A DNA stretch of 64,000 nt from Octopus sinensis (taxonomy: Eukaryota), in the NCBI RefSeq assembly GCF_006345805.1, contig NC_042997.1, forward strand, positions 170,190,001 to 170,254,000. The letters are read 5' to 3'. The notes beneath the pieces were generated by a model. That model saw only the letters and a list, made by a program, of their open reading frames with translations. It ran no database searches and was not told the DNA's origin. The position numbers and the translations under genes are program-made. Position 1 is the first letter of the stretch. Every line of letters begins with the position of its first letter. Positions 1 through 12,908 of the stretch are shown one piece after another.

Positions 1-115
1 AAAAAATGAGTAACGCTGCGATGGACTGGCGTCCTATCCAGCTGGGGAACATATACACCATAGAAACTGGGAAACCGGGCTCATGAACCTGGCTAGGCTT
101 TAAAAAGGGTGCATT
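1..115 (+). mobile_element. 3' part of a V-domain-like tRNA-derived SINE
   Basis: GCTGCGATGGACTGGCGTCCTATCCAG motif; homologous to copies at 21535-21780, 47836-48130 and 62355-62607. Confidence 0.65.
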
Positions 116-900
116 TAGTTATTTTTAATGTAACATTTAAAACGGCATTTCAAAAACTGGTTTTCCAATGCAAGGCCAGGAAATTCTTCATCTCCACTTG
201 GTTTCTGGCCCTTCACAAAGCTCGAGTAAAACTCACAGTGGACTAGTGCTTTTATATCTGAGATGGTACTGCTGTTACATATATATATCCTAACCTGCAT
301 CCAAAAAGTAGCTAGGAATTCTAATTATATCATGGTCTTCATATACCAGAAGTTTATTTCTTTCTTTTCAGCTCTTGGCAATAGAGTTTTTTATTTTATT
401 GAACCAATTTACCCATGCAAGTATGACTAATTGGATATAAAGCTAGAAATATAGTGCTAATATATATTTTATCACATTCTTCTGGGTTAGTAAATAACTA
501 CCTGTAATGTACTGGGGAAAGTGTGGTAAAATTGATCTTGGTAGAGTTTGAACTTGGTATAACAAGGTACTGAATTATTAACAGTAAAAATCTAGTCTAA
601 TATTACTCTAAATTCTACCTTTCTTCAATAATTATGCCCCAGGATCTCCACTCTTAGTTATTATTAATGAATTGTTCAGTGTTATATGATGTCTGACAAC
701 AAGAGGTATAACATATTGCTGGAATTAAAAACCAGATAAATAGAGAAGCTTGTCAAAGTAGATTTCCACAACTCAATATTAAATGAAAATGTTTTGTGTT
801 TAACTACTTCACACCTTGTATAATATTTCATCAACAACTATATCAAAGACATTCTATATCATCATCATAATCATGGTCTTTGTCATCATTCTTATTGAAG

Positions 901-1024
901 GTACTGGCAAACACTTCAGGACATAATGTGGCCAAGATTCCAATATATACTTGAACTAAATATTCATAGTGTTAAAGAATGTGATCCCCAGAAACTTGGA
1001 CAAATTGATATCCGGCCCCATTAT
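901..1024 (+). CDS. VPS52: VPS52 (GARP/EARP complex subunit), internal coding exon
   Basis: AG acceptor at 899-900, GTAAGT donor at 1025; translates (x)YWQTLQDIMWPRFQYILELNIHSVKECDPQKLGQIDIRPHY, matching the VPS52 WPRF...DPQ.LG..D.RPHY segment. Confidence 0.93.
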
Positions 1025-1108
1025 GTAAGTTTTCATCTTCATTTTTGAAATTGTTTCTTTTATAATCAACTTGAAAGATAAATCATACTACCCTAACTGC
1101 GATATATA

Positions 1109-1731
1109 CGAGGGATGCTAAAAAGTTCCTGGCTTTAAGGGTATTGCGAAAGGCCTGGTTGGAGGCCCAACATTTCAAGTTCTAACAACTCAATTTTGTA
1201 TCCTTCAACAGCACAAAAACACAATCATGAAAACGGTTCCTCATCTTGCAGTCAACAGCAAGACGACTGTTGTTATCACTAGGCCTAACTCATCGTAAAG
1301 TCAATACCACCATGACTGATATCCAATCTACAGTGGAGAAGGCTAGCCACTGGATTTGGTTAAAAAGAGACAATGAGCGATGGCTAGAAGTATATTGAGT
1401 TCTTCATAACCAGCTGATCTAGCAAGCAGGGCCTCATATCAGTGAGGGGGGCCAGTGCGCATTGATGCCGTCGAGAGGTAGGCCCCGAAACAGCGCGCAT
1501 TCTCTCCTGATGACCCCATACACTTGCTAGCTTCCGATATACGGAGCTTTTAACTGGTAGCACTTGCATGTGCAAGTTGTTTGCAAGACATCCAAGACTT
1601 AGAAAAACTGAAGGACCGTTGCAATAAGTTTGTGGATCAGAGAAGGGAATATGTGGAATAAAATCGTAATTAACTGATCCTCCTGTATTTTCTTTTACTC
1701 AAAGCCAGGAACTTTTCAGCACCACCTCACG
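1109..1731 (+). mobile_element. Internally deleted mariner element with foreign internal sequence
   Basis: TA-flanked inverted termini CGAGGGATGCTAAAAAGTTCCTGGCTTT / AAAGCCAGGAACTTTTCAGCACCACCTCACG; transposase C-terminus DLEKLKDRCNKFVDQRREYVE* near 1597-1660. Confidence 0.8.
1248..1555 (+). mobile_element. 3' fragment of an RLE-type non-LTR retrotransposon (HERO-like) nested in mariner
   Basis: QSTARRLLLSLGLTHRKVNTTMTDIQSTVEKASHWIWLKRDNERWLEVY* (stop 1396-1398) resembles the HERO-clade C-terminal ...ERAS.WIWL.R motif; GC-rich 3' UTR follows. Confidence 0.55.
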
Positions 1732-1734
1732 TAT

Positions 1735-1770
<36 letters not shown>

Positions 1771-2051
1771 GGAAAAAGGACAACAAAAACCAAAGTGGGA
1801 TGAGTATCTCAAGTCATTTAGAATATTTAATTAGAGTAAGGTGAATTTGAGGTAAACAATTAATTATTGGATGTCTTACAGCTGTTTCTGGGATATCCCA
1901 AATGATAGGTTAGCAACTTCTTTTATATTTTCTGCAACTTAAACATTTTAACAATACTTTTTTAGGGGGACTTCAACTTTTTTTTTTTTACAAAAAGCAA
2001 CCCCTAAGTTTTCAGTCTACATTATTTCATATTTTATCATTTTGTTTCTAG

Positions 2052-2255
2052 ATCACACGTCGGTATGCTGAATTTTCAGCTGCCATCGTGGGCATCAACC
2101 AGTCATATCCCGATGAAAAGGTGCATCAGCTGTTAGGTCAGCTTCAAATTGAAGTAGAAAACTTTGTCCTGAAAATGGCAGCTGAATTTCCTCAGCGTAA
2201 GGAGCAGCTTGTATTCCTCATCAATAACTACGACATGATGCTTAATGTTATTATG
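2052..2255 (+). CDS. VPS52: VPS52 coding exon
   Basis: TAG acceptor, GTAAG donor, phase 0/0; ITRRYAEFSAAIVGINQ...LLGQLQIEVENFVLKMAAEFPQRKEQLVFLINNYDMMLNVIM, highly similar to vertebrate VPS52. Confidence 0.96.
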
Positions 2256-3137
2256 GTAAGTGATTCTTAATACCCAAACTTTTGTAAAATCGAAATACAG
2301 AAGATATTCTTAAGTTTTATAAGACAACTGGGCTGACGGCTTGAAAGAAGAAATGGTTGACCTCTTTAAGATATTGTGAGCCGTATGGTAGGTAGCTTCA
2401 CTAGTGCCATGAAAAAGTGTCCAGTAAAGTGGTTGATGTTAGGAAGAGCATCCAAACAAAGTAACCTTCCCAAAACAGACATTGGATCATGATGCAGTCT
2501 TTGGACTTGTTGGATTCTATCAAAGCATCCTATTGATGCCAACATGATAGATGGACGTTAAAAGATGGTGGTGATGATGATGCTTTGTCTATCATGATTC
2601 AGAAATATTTTTTTATAGCATTTCAAACACTAACACTCTTATTTGTTTTGTGTTCTTTTATTCTTTTCAATGGCTTTAGTAATTGAACTGATGTCATGCT
2701 GGGGCACTGCTTTCAAGCATGTAGTGAGTATAGTTGATTTAAACAGCCTCAGTACATGAAAGCATGAAAGACAAAGTAGACCTCATTGGTTTAGAACTTA
2801 GAACACAAAGAGACAAAACTGAATATTGTCAGCTATTTTGTCCACTCTCCTACTGATTCTGCCAATATACAGCCATCTCATAAAAACAGTTTAATCTTCA
2901 GAATAGAAGAATTCTCAGTTAGTTTCATCTCAAAAGATTAAATCTGCTTTATTGGGTAACTAATAATTGGAAAATTGTAAAAGCTATTTCCTCTCATCAA
3001 TAATATGCAAAGAAAATTTGTGAAAGTTTTTGTACTGATGCTAATATATGTGAAAAAAAAAGGGGAGAGTTTAAAATCTGTTCTAACATTTTATTAATTA
3101 TCCAAATGAACAAGCATGTTTTCTACCAATTTTATAG

Positions 3138-3312
3138 GAACGTACTGAGGATTCAAAAGAATGTGAAAGTTTCCAAGAGTTGCTCTCCGCTCGAACACAA
3201 GAGTTCATTGAAGAAGTTCTTGCACCTCATTTTGGTGGTATGGTTAGTTTTGTAAAAGAATGTGAAGTGATAATTGAAAAAGGAAACTTAGATGCCTTGA
3301 AGAATGAAGAAA
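3138..3312 (+). CDS. VPS52: VPS52 coding exon
   Basis: TAG acceptor, GTTAGT donor, 175 nt phase 0/1; ERTEDSKECESFQELLSARTQEFIEEVLAPHFGGMVSFVKECE...KNEE. Confidence 0.94.
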
Positions 3313-3370
3313 GTTAGTACCTCCAACACTTTTTACCTATTATTTTGTATTCTTATTGTTTGTGTATGTA

Positions 3371-4619
3371 TTGGATTGGCAACTAAGTTCCTGCCGTTTT
3401 TTTAAATTTAAATTTTTTAAAAGGTTTGATAAAAAATAATAACTAATTAATCAATAATGTATTCACCCTTGTTGTTTACAACTTCTTCCCAATGTTCAAC
3501 AAGATTTTCAATACCCCGTTGGTAGAAATCACCCGATTTCAACTCGAAAAATTGATCCAACCAAGCTCTCAATTCTGCATCAGTATTGAACGAAACTTCA
3601 CTCATAGCATTTGAAAGAGATCAAAAGAGGTGGAAATTCATTGGTTCTAAATCAGGAGAGTATGGTGGGTGTGGCAGCACTTTCCAGCCATGTGTTTGAA
3701 TGGCTTCCTTGGTCATATTGGCAATATGAGGGTGGGCATTGTTGTGCAACAGAAGAACTCAATGCTGACGATTAGGTCTTTTCTCTTGAATAGCTGTGGT
3801 GAGTTGTTCCATCTGTTGAACATAGAGTTCTGCGTTGACTGTTTGGTTCCGTTCAAGCAATTTGTAATTCCAAGTCCCACCATATGCACAACATTGTTTT
3901 ACGCGGATGAAGATCTTGCTTACCGAGGCTAAGCCATTTCCTACGCTGCTTCATACTGATGTACAGGCACCAATTTACATCGCCAGTAGTGATTCGGTAA
4001 AGAAATCGTTGCTTGTGTCCATGAGTTGAGCAGTGATGAGCAAGCAAACTAGCAGAGATTGTGGCTCATTGATTTTTGTTTTTGTCACTTAAAGCATGCG
4101 GAACCCATGCTCCTGAACCTTTCCCATTGAGTGAAGATGCTTCTCTATAGCAGTGTGGGAGCATTTCATTTTCTCTACCAGTTCCCTTGTTGTTTGATGA
4201 GAATTTTCGTGCAAAAGTTGGTTTAATCGCTCTTCATTGAACTCAACTGGACGGCCAGAACGAAGTGTGTCTTTGAGGTCAAAATTTCCATTTTTGAACT
4301 TGGCATACCAATCACAAGTGATTCTTTCAGCTATGGCACCCTCTCCATACACAGCACAAATGTTGCGAGCAGCTTTTTGTTCTAAAACCTTGATTAAAAG
4401 CAAAAACAAGGAGGTGTCAAAAATGCTCGTTTTTCTTAATTTGACATTCCATTTTAATGATCTGAAAATAAACAAAAATTAACTAAAATTAACTAGAAAA
4501 AAAAAGGCAAAATAGATTCCAAAATGATTCAAAAATAGAATTCTCATAAAAAATAGATTCCAAAATTTAAAAATGCAATAAATTAAAAAAAAACAGCAGG
4601 ATCTTAGTTGCCAACCCAA
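3371..4619 (-). mobile_element. Near full-length degenerate mariner (mellifera-like TIR) in VPS52 intron
   Basis: TA TSDs; TIR TTGGATTGGCAACTAAGTTCCTGC / GCAGGATCTTAGTTGCCAACCCAA; frameshifted transposase with AARNICAVYG, RSGRP, RITTGD, LCIWWD and HPPYSPDL motifs. Confidence 0.92.
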
Positions 4620-5233
4620 TATATATATGTGTATGTATATCTGTGTAATCCTGTGTTTGTGTTTGTCTATTTAGACTTAATGTTTCACAATGGAATTAGA
4701 TTCAGTCAATACTTAGCTGGTGTAGGGAATGTCTGAGGTGTTTATTGCATGGATTCCTGGTTATTGAGGATAATTGTTGACTTGGTCATTTATGGCTGAC
4801 ACCATTATGGGTAGGAATACTTTATTGAAAAAGTAGAAGCTTACTTTCATTGAAATATGAGGAAATCCCAACCCCACTTCATGGACCCATAAATTTTCTG
4901 GGATATGTGGCGCATGATCCATATGGGCCTTGAAACTGCAGCACCCATAGCACCTCACTTAAGATGATACTGGAGTAGCCATTATGACTTTGGTAAATTC
5001 TACAGAATTTATCTTTCACCATTTTGAAGTCAATAAATAAATAGTACCTGTTATATTATGAAGAGCATAAATTCTAATCAAATAGAATCATTAAAAGTAA
5101 TAAATTAGGTTTTGATAAAAGTTTCCACCAATTATTGAAGGATTTAGTTTAAATCAATATTTCTAGTATGAAATCAGTTAGGTAGCTGTAGATGTTTGAA
5201 TAATGCATCCCTTTTGTTTCTTATTTGTTTCAG

Positions 5234-5352
5234 GACGAGTCCAGCAGATTGTTCGTGGGTTTAATTCTGATTGGAAGAAGGCAATTGAGATTATAAACCA
5301 AGATGTGATGCGTTCTTTCACCAACTTTAAGAATGGTACTCAAATATTGCAG
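5234..5352 (+). CDS. VPS52: VPS52 coding exon
   Basis: Polypyrimidine+CAG acceptor, GTAAAT donor, 119 nt phase 1/0; (R)RVQQIVRGFNSDWKKAIEIINQDVMRSFTNFKNGTQILQ. Confidence 0.95.
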
Positions 5353-5577
5353 GTAAATAAATACAACAGCTGAAATGCAGTTTACTTTTTGAATCTGTAG
5401 CTATTGTAATTTAAATAGCACTTGTGAGAGCCATGACATAAGCAAAGCAATTCCACTTGGAATAAAAGAAAACATTAGTAGACAGAATGTCCATGTGGAC
5501 ACCAGACTGGCTAATGCCTTGTGAGTGAATTTTGCAGACAGAAACTATGTGGAAACCTGTGGTGTATACATGTCTAT

Positions 5578-5928
5578 CATCATCATCATCATCATCATCA
5601 TCATTGTTTAACATCCGCTTTCCATGCTAGCATGGGTTGGATGATTTGACTGAGGGCCAGCGAACCAGATGGCTGCACCAGGCTTCAATCTTGATCTGGC
5701 AGAGTTTCTACAGCTGGACGCCCTTCCTAACACCAACCACTCCAAGAGTGTAGTGGGAGCTTTTACATGCACCAGCACGAGGGCCAGTCAGGCAGTACTG
5801 GCAACGACCTCACTTGAATCTTTTTACACATGCCACCGGCACAGGTGCCAGTAAGGCGATGCTGGTAACAATCACGTTCAAATGGTGCCTCTTACGCGCC
5901 ACCGGCACGGAGGCCAGTTAGCCGCTCT
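5578..5928 (-). mobile_element. RTE LINE 3' end (or RTE-tail SINE) with (GAT)n tail
   Basis: Reverse complement of the 42850-43062 3' UTR, including the CCATGCTAGCATGG palindrome and (CAT)n. Confidence 0.85.
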
Positions 5929-6213
5929 ATATAAATATATATGCATGTCTTAGTGCTTGTTCAGCATGACCATCAATTGACAGTGGGTGTTAGTTTGCTT
6001 ATGTACTTGTAACATAGCAGCTCAGAAAAAGCAGACTACTAGAATACGTACTAGACTTTAAAAAATAGTAAGTACTGGGCTGATTTGTTTGACTAAACTC
6101 TTCAAGGCAATGCTCCAGTATGGATGCAACCCAATGACTGAAAGATAAATGCAGTCATTCTTTTGTTTTTGTTTTCTTCAGTTTTATTTATTTATTTATG
6201 GAACTTTATTTAA

Positions 6214-6423
6214 CCCTTTCATTACTGTATTTATTTTGAGATGTTCAGTGTTTCTTTCAATTACTTTAAATATAACTAAGAATTTAGTAAAATAACTTAG
6301 TTATCATTAATCTAGTGTTAGGAACATAAATTGTGACTTAGGTTTGCTGGAAGATTTTAATTCAAAACTTATGAAAACAAGACATTTGTACTCAGAGTCA
6401 GAGCCGGGTTGGTAACGAAAGGG
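6214..6423. mobile_element. piggyBac-like MITE
   Basis: TTAA on both sides; TIR CCCTTTCATTAC / GTAACGAAAGGG; 210 bp non-coding. Confidence 0.8.
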
Positions 6424-7467
6424 TTAAATGAATTCTGTAAGACCTGAAGAGAATTAGAAGCTTCAGAATTGAAGAGCTACTGCTAAATGTGCCTCAGTAA
6501 GATTGCTTTTTGTGTGATTTAAGCACTTTTACGACTAGGTTCTTCAATTCTTTTAGATTATCTATTTTATTTTATATTGCAATTTATAAACAATAGTGTC
6601 ATTGGTTACAAGTTTCCAATGATCTAATCATTGGTTCACTGCACTTCTGACAAGAGTAACATCACACACTCTCTCTTCCCCCACTATTCCATTCATGCTG
6701 TTTTTCTATTCAACTTCCTTAGCAGAAATCAACATGTGACTATCTATTACTGTCTCTCTGTATAACTCCTATCTTTATTATCATCTAACCTCTATTATTC
6801 TGTTTCTCCCATCATATACACACTTCCTTTCCGTCATCCTCTTGCCCTGGCTCTCTCTCTTTACTTTTCTGTTTACCCTTTCAATCATGTTTCCTTGGAT
6901 GACTGGGGAACACACAAAGAAGACTTCAGTCTTTCCATAATAAAATACACCCAATATACTCTGTTTGGTGTTAAAAGGGACATCCAGTTGTTGAGACCCC
7001 ACTGAAAATGAAATGTGGAAGTGAGACATGGTCTTCTGACTGTCCAAGAGAATAGTGACTCAAAATATTAACAGACTGGAAGTATGACAACTCCTCTAAC
7101 CCATGCTAGCATGGAAAACAAACATAAAATAACGATGATACTATGATTTAACACAGTTTATATCAAACAAATTCCACTCACAAAGTATTGGTCAACCCAA
7201 GACTGTAGTAGGACACGTGTCCAAAGGGTTATGCAATGGAATGAGATCAAACCCAGGCCCCATCTGGTTACAGTGAGAAATCTGAAACCAAATAACTATG
7301 CCTGTAGCCCAGAGGCATGGCCAAGTTCTTAAGTTAAGAATAGTGAGCATATAAAAGGCACTGCGATACTTGCCAAACAATTTTTAACTCCTTTCTCAAT
7401 TGTTGAACAGGTGCTAATTTTGAAAAATGTGCTCGATGGGAGTAAACATTCCCTTTGTTCCCCTATT

Positions 7468-7860
7468 AGGAGTCGCTGTGTGGTAAATAGCTTGCTCACC
7501 AACCACATGGTTCCGGGTTCAGTCCCACTGCATGGCATCTTGGGCAAGTGTCTTCTGCTATAGCCCCGGGCCGACCAATGCCTTGTGAGTGGATTTGGTA
7601 GACGGAAACTGAAAGAAGCCTGTCGTATATATGTATATATATATGTGTGTTTGTGTGTCTGTGTTTGTCCCCCTAGCATTGCTTGACAACCGATGCTGGT
7701 GTGTTTACGTCCCTGTCACTTAGCGGTTCGGCAAAAGAGACCGATAGAATAAGTACTGGGCTTACAAAAGAATAAGTCCCAGGGTTGAGTTGCTCGATTA
7801 AAGGTGGTGCTGCAGCATGGCCGCAGTCAAATGACTGAAACAAGTAAAAGAGTAAAGAGT
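7468..7860 (+). mobile_element. tRNA-derived SINE family 1, full length
   Basis: A/B-box-like head (GGAGTCGCTGTGTGGTAA...GGTTCAGTCCC), CTTGGGCAAGTG core, internal TA/TG microsatellite, tail GGTGCTGCAGCATGGCCGCAGTCAAATGACTGAAAC(AAGTAAAAG)n; many copies in window. Confidence 0.88.
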
Positions 7861-8234
7861 ATTAGTTATGCCACTACTATAGCCAAAGGCTGTAATTATG
7901 TCATTGTTTTATAATAAATACACACAACACACTGGCTGGCTTCTTCAGTTTCTGCCTACCATTTTGATTTACCAGTTGTTGGTTGACATATGGTTATAAA
8001 TTAGAACATTAGCCAACAACATCCATATAGTGGGACTGACCTCTATCAGCATGGTTCCAAGGTAACCTTCTTAGCCACACAGCCAAGCTTATATAGATTT
8101 TTAAATGCCTAGTAAGTGACAGATGCATGGTTTGAATCATATTAATAGGTCTGCTACTCTTTTAGATTCCAGGCCAGTGCTTATAATGTCTGTATCATTT
8201 TGATTTTCATATTTTCATTTTTTGTTATTTTCAG

Positions 8235-8381
8235 GGTGCTCTCACACAGCTGGTCCAATATTATCATCGTTTCCAGAAGGTTTTAAGCCAAGGCCCACTG
8301 CGTAATTTACAGATCCGCAATGAACTTATCAATATTCATCATGTTATGGTTGAAGTAAAAAAGCACAAGCCAACATTCTAA
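8235..8381 (+). CDS. VPS52: VPS52 terminal coding exon
   Basis: TTTTCAG acceptor; GALTQLVQYYHRFQKVLSQGPLRNLQIRNELINIHHVMVEVKKHKPTF-stop (TAA 8379-8381), matching the VPS52 C-terminus (ELINIHH.MVE.KKHKP.F). Confidence 0.96.
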   Translation, partial: GALTQLVQYYHRFQKVLSQGPLRNLQIRNELINIHHVMVEVKKHKPTF

Positions 8382-8399
8382 TGACATTCCACTAGTGTT

Positions 8400-8417
8400 A
8401 TCATTATCATCATCATC

Positions 8418-8465
<48 letters not shown>
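8400..8465 (+). repeat. (CAT)n(TAT)n microsatellite in VPS52 3' UTR
   Basis: Directly visible, starting ~20 nt after the stop codon. Confidence 0.9.
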
Positions 8466-8466
<1 letters not shown>

Positions 8467-8565
8467 CATATTTGACAAGAAGACATAAAACAATATTGTT
8501 GGGTATACTTGTTCAGTATAGAAACCTGTCTGCTGGCTTTCTACCAGATATATTGTTATCATTGG

Positions 8566-8571
8566 AATAAA
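8566..8571 (+). promoter_or_regulatory. Candidate VPS52 polyadenylation signal
   Basis: First AATAAA after the stop, followed by a GT/T-rich stretch; further AATAAA hexamers lie near 9620 and 9672. Confidence 0.4.
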
Positions 8572-8818
8572 AGCTGTTTACTTGTTGTAATTACCCAATA
8601 CTTAAAGGACGTTGCCCACACTGATACACTGTTTGTACACACACATGTATGATGCAAGCACACCATTCTCTTAAATCTTCACCAGTTGTTTCCTTTATTT
8701 CTTTTTTAATAAGTTTATTCTAATTTTGTTATTTTCTCGCTTGGGTTTTCATCTTTTTTCAGTTGAGGGTAAATCAAACATGCATCAGTCATTAACTGGC
8801 CATTTAAATTTTTTTGTT

Positions 8819-8868
<50 letters not shown>

Positions 8869-8973
8869 TGATGATATATATCTATCTATATATATGATTT
8901 TGATTTTGATTTTTCCAGTTTCAGCTAATGAGCTGTGGCCATGCTGAGGCACCGCCATTGCTGGGGCACCGCC

Positions 8974-9006
<33 letters not shown>

Positions 9007-10916
9007 ATGGAGTAACTTTACATTAAGGAGTGCAATCTACAGTTTCCTGTAAGACAGACTCCATCATAGTTCCAGCAGACAAAATGGAAAAGGTGTTGCT
9101 CTGAAGCATGGTGAAAGAACAGCGACTCACAGGGTTCTTACTTGTGAACAACCATCTATGCTCTGATGGTGGTGAGCAGGGATATAGTCTGGTGGCCAAG
9201 AATGCCATCCAATTAAAAATTAATAAATTTTTATTACATTCTTTCCTATGGGAATTAACAAAGTTATATATTGTTTCTCTTCCTTAGTTCTCCTTCCCTA
9301 CACCCATAGCCAGCCCTTAAAATGGGCTGGGATGTAAATTTAAGACAGTTACCAAAAATAAACTATTTCCATCTTTTTAATATCCTCATGAATACATATA
9401 CGCTTTTAGAAAGTACACCTCTACAAACACTGACAATAATAATAATAATAATAATAATTATAATGGTGATGAAGATAATAATTTCTAATTTAGCCACAAG
9501 ACCAGCAATATAAGGAAGAGTTTGCCAATTAAATCAACAAAAGTTGGTTGAAGGTACTGGCAGCTTGGGTGACCACCCAAGTGCTTGGGAGCACCACATC
9601 TTCATTTTTGGATTTATGAAATAAAAGAGATAAAATGAATATAATAAACTAAACTGTTTTATTCTTGTATTTAATAAACTGTAATGAACACTTTATTCCT
9701 ACATTTGCAGGTTTTACTCCTTATGGAAGTTAATTGGGTGACCACTCTTTCAGGTGGTTGATGTTAGTAAGGGCATCCAGCTATAAAAACTGTCCCAAAA
9801 CAGCTCCTAGCTAGCTCTTGCCAAACCTTCCAACCCATGCCAACATGGAAGTCAGACATTAAATGTTGATGATGATGATATATATATGTATGTATGTATA
9901 CACACACACACACACACATTGGTATTAGAGAGGGCATCCAGCCATAGAAACCATGTCAAAACAAACAATTGGAGTGTGACTAGCTCCTATCACACTGTCC
10001 AGTCTATGGCAACATGGAAAACGGACATTAAGCAATGATGATGATTATATATATATATACACACATTTGGGCCGACCAAAGCCTTGTGAGTGGATTTGGT
10101 GAATGGAAACTAAAAGAAGTGCATTGTGTGTGTGTGTGTGTCTATGTATATATACACGTATGTATATGGATATTGCATTTTCACATGATTTCACCTTTGT
10201 GGTTATTTTCTCTGGGGTTGCCCAAAAGCTATGGTCTACAAACATTGACCAATGAATGATTTGATGGCTGCTATACACCAACCAATTGTGGAAATACTAC
10301 CTGAAATGAAACACTCTGCATCGCATCACTTGATGTTATTGTTATTAAAATATTTTTTTGAATAACATTCACCTTGAACTTTTTTGTTAAGTAAAATGTG
10401 TGGCAGTTGTTTTTTTCCACACCCTGTACAAATACTATAATCCTCAGAGAGGAGGGTTGACATAGAGTCAATCAAAGAACCCTGCTGATCAAGGACTAAG
10501 TTACCTACAAAACACAAGTGCCCATGTTGCCCAACGTATGGGAGCATACTGAGAGTAGGCTCATTCATATGGGTCATACTAACCACACTCACTAACCTCT
10601 CTACAACTTTACTGAAGGGTTGTACCTCCTTCTCCACCGACACTTTCCGCTGTATAAAAGAAGAAATGTGACCTAGTTTTCTTTTGTAATTTCCATGTTG
10701 TGGGCGTAAAGAGTATTTCAATGGTGTTATTTTAATAATAAAAAAAGGTACTGTCATACAAATATATAACTGCTCTATCTCTGTGCTTATGCACTGCCAA
10801 AGGTGCACAGACACATACACAAACATGTATTCACAAACACATACACATATTTGAGTCACTTTGCAACTTCTGCCAATTAAAGGAAAAAAATATATATGTA
10901 TACTTGTATATGTAGA

Positions 10917-11100
10917 ATCATCATCATCGTTTAATGTCTGTTTTCCATGCTGGCATGGGTTAGACGGTTTGACTGAGGGCTGGCAAGCCAGAAGGTTGCA
11001 CCAGGCTCCAGTCTGATCTGGCAGTGTTTCTACAGCTGGATGCCCTTCCTAACACCAACCACTCCGAGAGTGTAGTGGGTGCTTTTACGTACCACCGACA
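10917..11100 (-). mobile_element. RTE 3' end fragment
   Basis: Same sequence as 42860-43062, reversed. Confidence 0.8.
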
Positions 11101-11404
11101 CAAGGGCCACTTTTTACTTGTTTCAGTCATTAGACTGCAGCTAAATTGGGGGACTGCTTTGAAGGATTTAATCAATCTAGTATATATGTTTTATTTTTCA
11201 AGCTCAGTACTTATTCTACCAATCTCTTAGGCTGAACTGTTAAGTTACTGTAGTATAAACAAACAACACCAGTCATATATAGTATACAGGCTACTGACCA
11301 CTAAGAATTATTTCTCTCCTGGCTCTCTCTCACACACACACACATATATATATATACACATATATATATATACACGTGTGTGTGTGTGTGTGTATATATA
11401 TATA

Positions 11405-12508
11405 TTGTGTCATCCCATAAATAATGTAGTTTTTTATACTTCTTTTTTTTCAAAATTATGATAAACAAAGTTCTTTTTTAATTTAAAATATACTCTTCTT
11501 CATTTTCTACAATGCTCTTCCATCTATCTGGTAGACTTGCAAGGCTCCTCTTCCAAAATTCACTTGTGTGTGATGAAAAATACTCCTCCAGTGCTGTTAT
11601 GATCTCGTCTACAGAATTCATATTTTTTCCGTCCAAATAATTTTGAAGACTGCAGACTAAATGATAATCAGATTTAGCAATATTCAGTGAATATGATGGG
11701 GGGGGCATTGTTTCCCATTCAAACTACTCCAGCCTCTGGAATGTCATCCTTGCTGTATGTGGCTGAGCATTATCCTGATGGAAGAACACCTTTCTTCTTG
11801 AAACTAAAGATGGTCGTTTTTCTTCTAGTGCTGAGTTAAGCTGCTCACAGTAGATCTATTTCTTGTCACCAGAGAACCTATTTCTTGCCACCATTCACTA
11901 TTCAGTCCAAAAGAGGTTCATTCATGAGATGTGACAGCAAAGAAGAGTACACATTCAACACTCTGCAAGCAATTAGGCTTGTAAAGTTTGTGAGGAACCC
12001 ATTGACCCAATTTGCTGACTTTTCTGATGACATGCAGGTGTTGTATGACCAAATTCAAGCTTCTCTGCTAGTTCCTCAACAGTTACAATAGAATTTTGTT
12101 CCACCAGGGTTTGCAGGATGTCCTCGTCGAGCTCTACAGATCTTCCAGGACAAGGGTCATGTTCTAGGCTGCAGTTTCTGGAACCACTGTTGACACTGGC
12201 TTATGCTTATTGTCTGATCCCCATATACTGCATTAATATTCCTCATACTTTCTGTTGTGTTGTTACCTTTATTGAATTCATAAAGCAAAATATGCTGAAT
12301 ATGCTCCATTGTCACTTATATTATAGCTTTGAAAAAAATAACTTAAAATCGAACTGCACTGTTCAAAACTTGCACTAAGTCTAAGGACAAGGCAGGATTA
12401 CTACCTGCTTTGATAGCAAGTTGATGCAGGTTGTTTATCCCACACCCCTCTGTCATTTAGTTCATGCAATGCAACTGAAAAAACTGCATTATTTATGGAA
12501 TGACACAA
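11405..12508 (-). mobile_element. Degenerate mariner element (second family)
   Basis: TA TSDs; TIR TTGTGTCATCCCATAAATAATG / CATTATTTATGGAATGACACAA; transposase remnants FHQDNAQPH, SDYHL..SLQNYL, LPDRWKSIVENEEEYILN*. Confidence 0.9.
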
Positions 12509-12908
12509 TATGTAATGTAATGTAATGTAAATGTAATGCAATGTAGTGTAGTGTAGTGTAGTGTAGTGTATACACACACTCACACAGGTACACAACACAT
12601 TTATATGTATACATAAACGGCATAAAATAAGAGGTCAATGTTTGTGTGTTGAGAATAAGAACTAGTTTCAATTCTTATCTACTTAGAGAAAGTCTGAATA
12701 TCACAAAATCCTACAATTCTTGTACTACTTAGAGAAAGTCTGAATATCACAAAATCCTAGTTTCCATGCTTCTTCATCTTTAATGCCTTATCAAATATAA
12801 ACCTATTCATTAATTGTCATTTTAAAGTACCGCTCAATCATGAAAGTGTTTTTAATCCAGCCAATTGAAGAGAAAAACGATAAATATAAGTCCTAAGTTG
12901 GTTTAACA

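Noticed and set aside
1868-1920. Minus-strand GAAACAGCTGTA, Penelope hammerhead-like 3' half
   Set aside because: No CUGANGA core upstream; at best a truncated remnant
10326-10859. 177-aa minus-strand ORF
   Set aside because: Begins in a TG microsatellite; no recognisable domain or exon partners
12678-12759. Short tandem duplicate CTACTTAGAGAAAGTCTGAATATCACAAAATCCTA
   Set aside because: Only two copies; ordinary local duplication, not an array
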